Assembly: GCA_038893995.1 (NCBI GenBank)
Contig: JAWAQK010000031.1
Span: forward strand, 1 to 28,592
DNA: 28,592 bases
Source: Candidatus Thorarchaeota archaeon
Lineage (GTDB): Archaea; Asgardarchaeota; Thorarchaeia; Thorarchaeales; Thorarchaeaceae
Direction of reading: 5' to 3'
This document shows positions 25,288 to 28,592 of the stretch, piece by piece. Below the pieces are notes generated by a model, which had not been told where the DNA came from, made no database searches, and worked only from the letters and a program-made list of their open reading frames with translations. Within the stretch, counting starts at the first letter, position 1; each line of letters opens with the position of its first letter. The position numbers and the translations under genes were made by a program.

Positions 25288-27615
25288 ATGGTCGGTCTTG
25301 ATGTAGCCCTAGTTTCGTTGATCCCTCCGTTCCTCATGGTCGCATCTGGGGTAGTACTCGAGAGGACAATATCCAGTCGCCTAGGTTCTACGTCGATTCC
25401 ACAGAAGATACTGTTATGGGTGTCCTTCGGCTACACGCTCTTTCTATTGCCTTATGTGTTAGTAGGAATCCTTACGAGTGCACTGCGTGCGTTCGTAATA
25501 CTCCACTCGTTCCTTGTAATAATTGCCATGATAGTAGTCCGGTCAAAGATGCTCCGCATGTTGAGAGCTGTTCCACTTGTTCTGAAAAGTTGGTTTCGGA
25601 GTGCGAATACCATTGTTGTATGGGCCTCTGTGAGCTATGTCATGTTTGGACTGAAGACTTTCTTCATGTGTCTGCTGGGACCTATCGTTTCGGGCGATGC
25701 AATGTACCTTTGGCTCTCGATGGCGCGCGTGTTCTTCAATATGAATCAGATACCCATGTATGATCCCTACCATTTTCTTCACTATAACGCCGAGCCTGGT
25801 TCCTCCGCCCTGTATTCATGGGGCCTGTTCATTGTTGGATCAGCCGAACCGGAGACATTTCGTGGTATTCCGATTCCATTCTTTCTTTGCATTCCCCTGG
25901 CGGTTTTTCATATCACAAGAGAGTGGGGATCAAATGAGAAGGCGTCATATGTGGCGCTAGCCCTTGCATCGTATCTTCCTTCGCTCGATTACTTGGTATA
26001 TGCATATGCTTTCTATGTGGACGCAATTGCATCTCTCATTTCGCTCACTGCAATTGCTGCGTGGCGAAGCGCAATCGTCAAGAAATCTAACCTATGGGGT
26101 TTCATTGCAGGACTACTTCTGGCCACTGCAACTCTCAGCAGATACCATCTTGGAATCTTGGTTTTGCTGATAATGTTCATACAGATGCTTGCTCTACTAG
26201 GGAACTCCCGGTATGCACGAGTGTTCTCGGTACTGACAATAGTATGTATCGTGACCACTCTCGTACTTCTGGGAAACGGAAAATGGTCATTTCTGTCTAA
26301 TCCGATCTCAGTCATGTCATTCATACTCTTGACCGCAGTATTGATCTGGTTCTGGAATACTGAGAGCTTCGATCGTTTTACCTGCTCGAGAGACCTGGCA
26401 AGATTGGTCCTGTCACTTGCGGCTGGTGGAGCCCTATCATTGATATGGGGTGTCCGAATGTTAGCCAACAAGGGGGCTCTATTCGGCATAGAGTTGTTCC
26501 GGCTGTACAGACCTAGCGAAGAAACCACGAAGATTACAGATCTGCTGAATCAGGCCATCGGGGACGTCAGTAGTGCTCATTACTTCACTCTGCTCACTCC
26601 TATCGGTTTCGTTTTTCACTTTCTTGCAAACGGATACTTCGTCTGGTTGTCGTTTCTGATGATCCTTGTATGCGCTGCAAGGAGGACTGGCGGAGGCGCG
26701 ATCTGGTGCAGTGTCGTGTGGTACATTGGATATCTCTCACTTCTCGGATACTACCCCTCGGGCAGACACTTGATTCCGTCTTTCCTATTCCTGTGCTCGG
26801 CCTTGGCAATCGGCATGGTGTCTCTGTGCAGCAGTCTATCCTCGACCAGATTCAGATGCAGCTGTACTGTCCTCGTAGTACTCTTCTGCCTCACATCAGT
26901 TCCCCAGATGATGACCACAGCACTCGCTGTGCGCGCACTGGGGCTACAGGACGACCCGCTGTATTCCTTGATGGTCATTCCGTATACCACAAACTTCGGG
27001 TGGAACACCACGCCCAATTTGGTTCTACATCTTGCGTCAGTCGGTCTGGTTCTAGCTTCGGGAGGTCTTCTCCTTGCCTTCTTGTTTGGGAAACTCTGTC
27101 AACAGAAGCAACCAACTAGTCTAGTTCCGTATGTTATTCTAGCACTGGTCCTCTCGTCGTCGTCACTAGCACCACTCATAGCACACTCGATCTACATCAC
27201 AGGGGGGGATCTGACCCGCTATGACGACTTGGGCAGCTGGAATCGATCCGATCACAATCTTGCCCGTTATCTGAAGAATATCACTGGTCCTGATGATGTG
27301 ATCTTGACGTATGGAGATGTGGTCCTGTCCTATAGAGGTTTTAGAGTCATTGATCTGTTTCGTGGCGGATTGTATGCAGTTCCCCTGCTACATAACCTCA
27401 CAGACCCGGAAGAGATACATATACGACTGTGGGAGTATGGGATACGGTTTGTCGTGATTCCCTCTCCTAGAAGCTATCTATATCCTAGCTACTGTCGCTT
27501 CGTGGACGTAATTCCATTTCCCGAAGTGGTTGTGAGTTCAAATGAGGGATGGTTTCTCTGTGAATACTCTTGGTGGCGCATCTATGCATTGGAGCCTCCA
27601 AGCCCACCTCCGTAG
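25288..27615 (+). CDS. Large GT-C-like (ArnT/PMT_2/GT39-like) membrane glycosyltransferase
   Basis: More than 15 hydrophobic segments, with GDAMYLW..AR in the first large loop, YVDA, and GLLLATATLSRY. Soluble C-terminal domain YLKNITGPDDVIL...YGIRFVV. Confidence 0.7.
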   Translation: MVGLDVALVSLIPPFLMVASGVVLERTISSRLGSTSIPQKILLWVSFGYTLFLLPYVLVGILTSALRAFVILHSFLVIIAMIVVRSKMLRMLRAVPLVLKSWFRSANTIVVWASVSYVMFGLKTFFMCLLGPIVSGDAMYLWLSMARVFFNMNQIPMYDPYHFLHYNAEPGSSALYSWGLFIVGSAEPETFRGIPIPFFLCIPLAVFHITREWGSNEKASYVALALASYLPSLDYLVYAYAFYVDAIASLISLTAIAAWRSAIVKKSNLWGFIAGLLLATATLSRYHLGILVLLIMFIQMLALLGNSRYARVFSVLTIVCIVTTLVLLGNGKWSFLSNPISVMSFILLTAVLIWFWNTESFDRFTCSRDLARLVLSLAAGGALSLIWGVRMLANKGALFGIELFRLYRPSEETTKITDLLNQAIGDVSSAHYFTLLTPIGFVFHFLANGYFVWLSFLMILVCAARRTGGGAIWCSVVWYIGYLSLLGYYPSGRHLIPSFLFLCSALAIGMVSLCSSLSSTRFRCSCTVLVVLFCLTSVPQMMTTALAVRALGLQDDPLYSLMVIPYTTNFGWNTTPNLVLHLASVGLVLASGGLLLAFLFGKLCQQKQPTSLVPYVILALVLSSSSLAPLIAHSIYITGGDLTRYDDLGSWNRSDHNLARYLKNITGPDDVILTYGDVVLSYRGFRVIDLFRGGLYAVPLLHNLTDPEEIHIRLWEYGIRFVVIPSPRSYLYPSYCRFVDVIPFPEVVVSSNEGWFLCEYSWWRIYALEPPSPPP

Positions 27616-28099
27616 AGTTCCAGAGGACTTGTCACTCCAATCATGTCATATGACGCATAGGACTCCCACCACACAGACATCGACGACACAGACTCCCCCT
27701 TACTCTCAAGGGTGAAGCCTCGCTGTGGCAACGTTTCGTATGTTTGGGATATCAAAACAGATGTGCAGAGACCAGGCCAGTTCTGTATTGTACTTAGACT
27801 CTTCACATCCTCCCGCCCATTGCGACGATGCGCTTAGTTCCGATAGTGGGTCGGCTGACTCTGACGGTACACCGTTGACAGAGATGCGCCGCAGGATTCG
27901 TAGTGACTTCAGAAGAAGATCACCTACTGCACGGTTCCGACCCTTGGATATGTTTCCAGAACCCACAAATCCGACTGATGGCTATTACCAGTCGGAACGG
28001 TACCTGACCACATTGGGCCCCCTACATACAGGGTCGTACACGATCACTTTTTGGAGGTACCATCGACTCACAGGCCTTAACCTTTGGTCTACTGACCAG

Positions 28100-28592
28100 T
28101 CAGGATACAGTCAAGATCCTCTCGTACAGGTCGCTAAGCTCCGATGCAATTAGTTTCCACGAGTACTGTTCTGCTCGCGCTCTCGCCCCGGCTGACAGAT
28201 GTCTGGAGAGGGTTGGATCATTCCAGATTGTAAGGACTGCCTGTGCGAGTGAGCCCGGATCTGAGTGGGGCACAAGAAAGGCCTCCTTCATGTGCCGAGC
28301 CATATAGGGTATCTCACCTACTCGGGATGCGATGATTGGTCGGCTGGCAGTCAAATAGGAGGGTATCTTCATTGGAGTCGATATGTCGATACCCCTGTTC
28401 TGAAGTGGCCTTCTCGGAGCGATGAGCATATCAGCGACGGCTTGGAATGCAAATGAGTGCTCGTAGTCGACCCATCCGAAAAACTGAACATTCTTACCAA
28501 GATCAAACCGAGCGACAAGTCTTCTCAGACTTGATTCTTCGGTACCACGTCCTGCTATCACAAGTCTGATACTTGGGAGGGCGTTTCTCAGC
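28100..28592 (-). CDS. Glycosyltransferase family 4, C-terminal part (5' end lies outside the window)
   Basis: IAGRG, VQFFGWV, STPMKIPSYLTASRPIIASRVG and YSW. The frame remains open to the window edge. Confidence 0.9.
   Translation of the reverse strand, partial: LRNALPSIRLVIAGRGTEESSLRRLVARFDLGKNVQFFGWVDYEHSFAFQAVADMLIAPRRPLQNRGIDISTPMKIPSYLTASRPIIASRVGEIPYMARHMKEAFLVPHSDPGSLAQAVLTIWNDPTLSRHLSAGARARAEQYSWKLIASELSDLYERILTVS

Noticed and set aside
552-28456. Numerous short antisense or alternate-frame ORFs inside the called genes (e.g. 2657-3190, 3936-4520, 16234-16827, 24174-24944)
   Set aside because: These are shadow ORFs of GC-rich coding sequence with no recognisable domains.
226-28592. 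cas, transposase, integrase or known anti-phage defence genes
   Set aside because: No ORF shows RAMP, HD/helicase, Cas1, RuvC, DDE or tyrosine-recombinase motifs, and all long ORFs are otherwise explained.

Overview
Archaeal chromosomal segment, judged from the ApgM-type phosphoglycerate mutase, DUF2769, the PhoU/TrkA-C + MgtE pair, TATA-like boxes and TTG/GTG starts. An Asgard (Thorarchaeia-like) or Bathyarchaeia origin is an impression only and is not shown here. From left to right: (1) the leader-proximal end of a CRISPR array (3 identical 37-bp repeats, truncated by the window edge), with no cas genes in the ~28 kb on its leader side; (2) a lower-glycolysis cluster (apgM-eno divergent from a K+-independent-type pyk); (3) a convergent pair of internally duplicated proteins (2x PhoU-TrkA_C and 2x MgtE); (4) a ~20 kb cell-surface glycosylation region with five GT4s, two MOP/Wzx flippases, a sugar-phosphate nucleotidyltransferase, a DPM1-like GT2, two GT-C membrane glycosyltransferases and an uncharacterised alpha/alpha-toroid protein. 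This region is interrupted by a DUF2769 + PAS pair, an orphan hypC, a structured intergenic element and a PflX-like radical SAM gene. The best candidates for something undescribed are the nucleotidyltransferase > DPM1-like > PIG-M/GT87-like > flippase > GT4 unit, the multi-hairpin element between pflX and hypC, and the DUF2769/PAS pair. All family calls are from motif recognition by eye; no searches were run.
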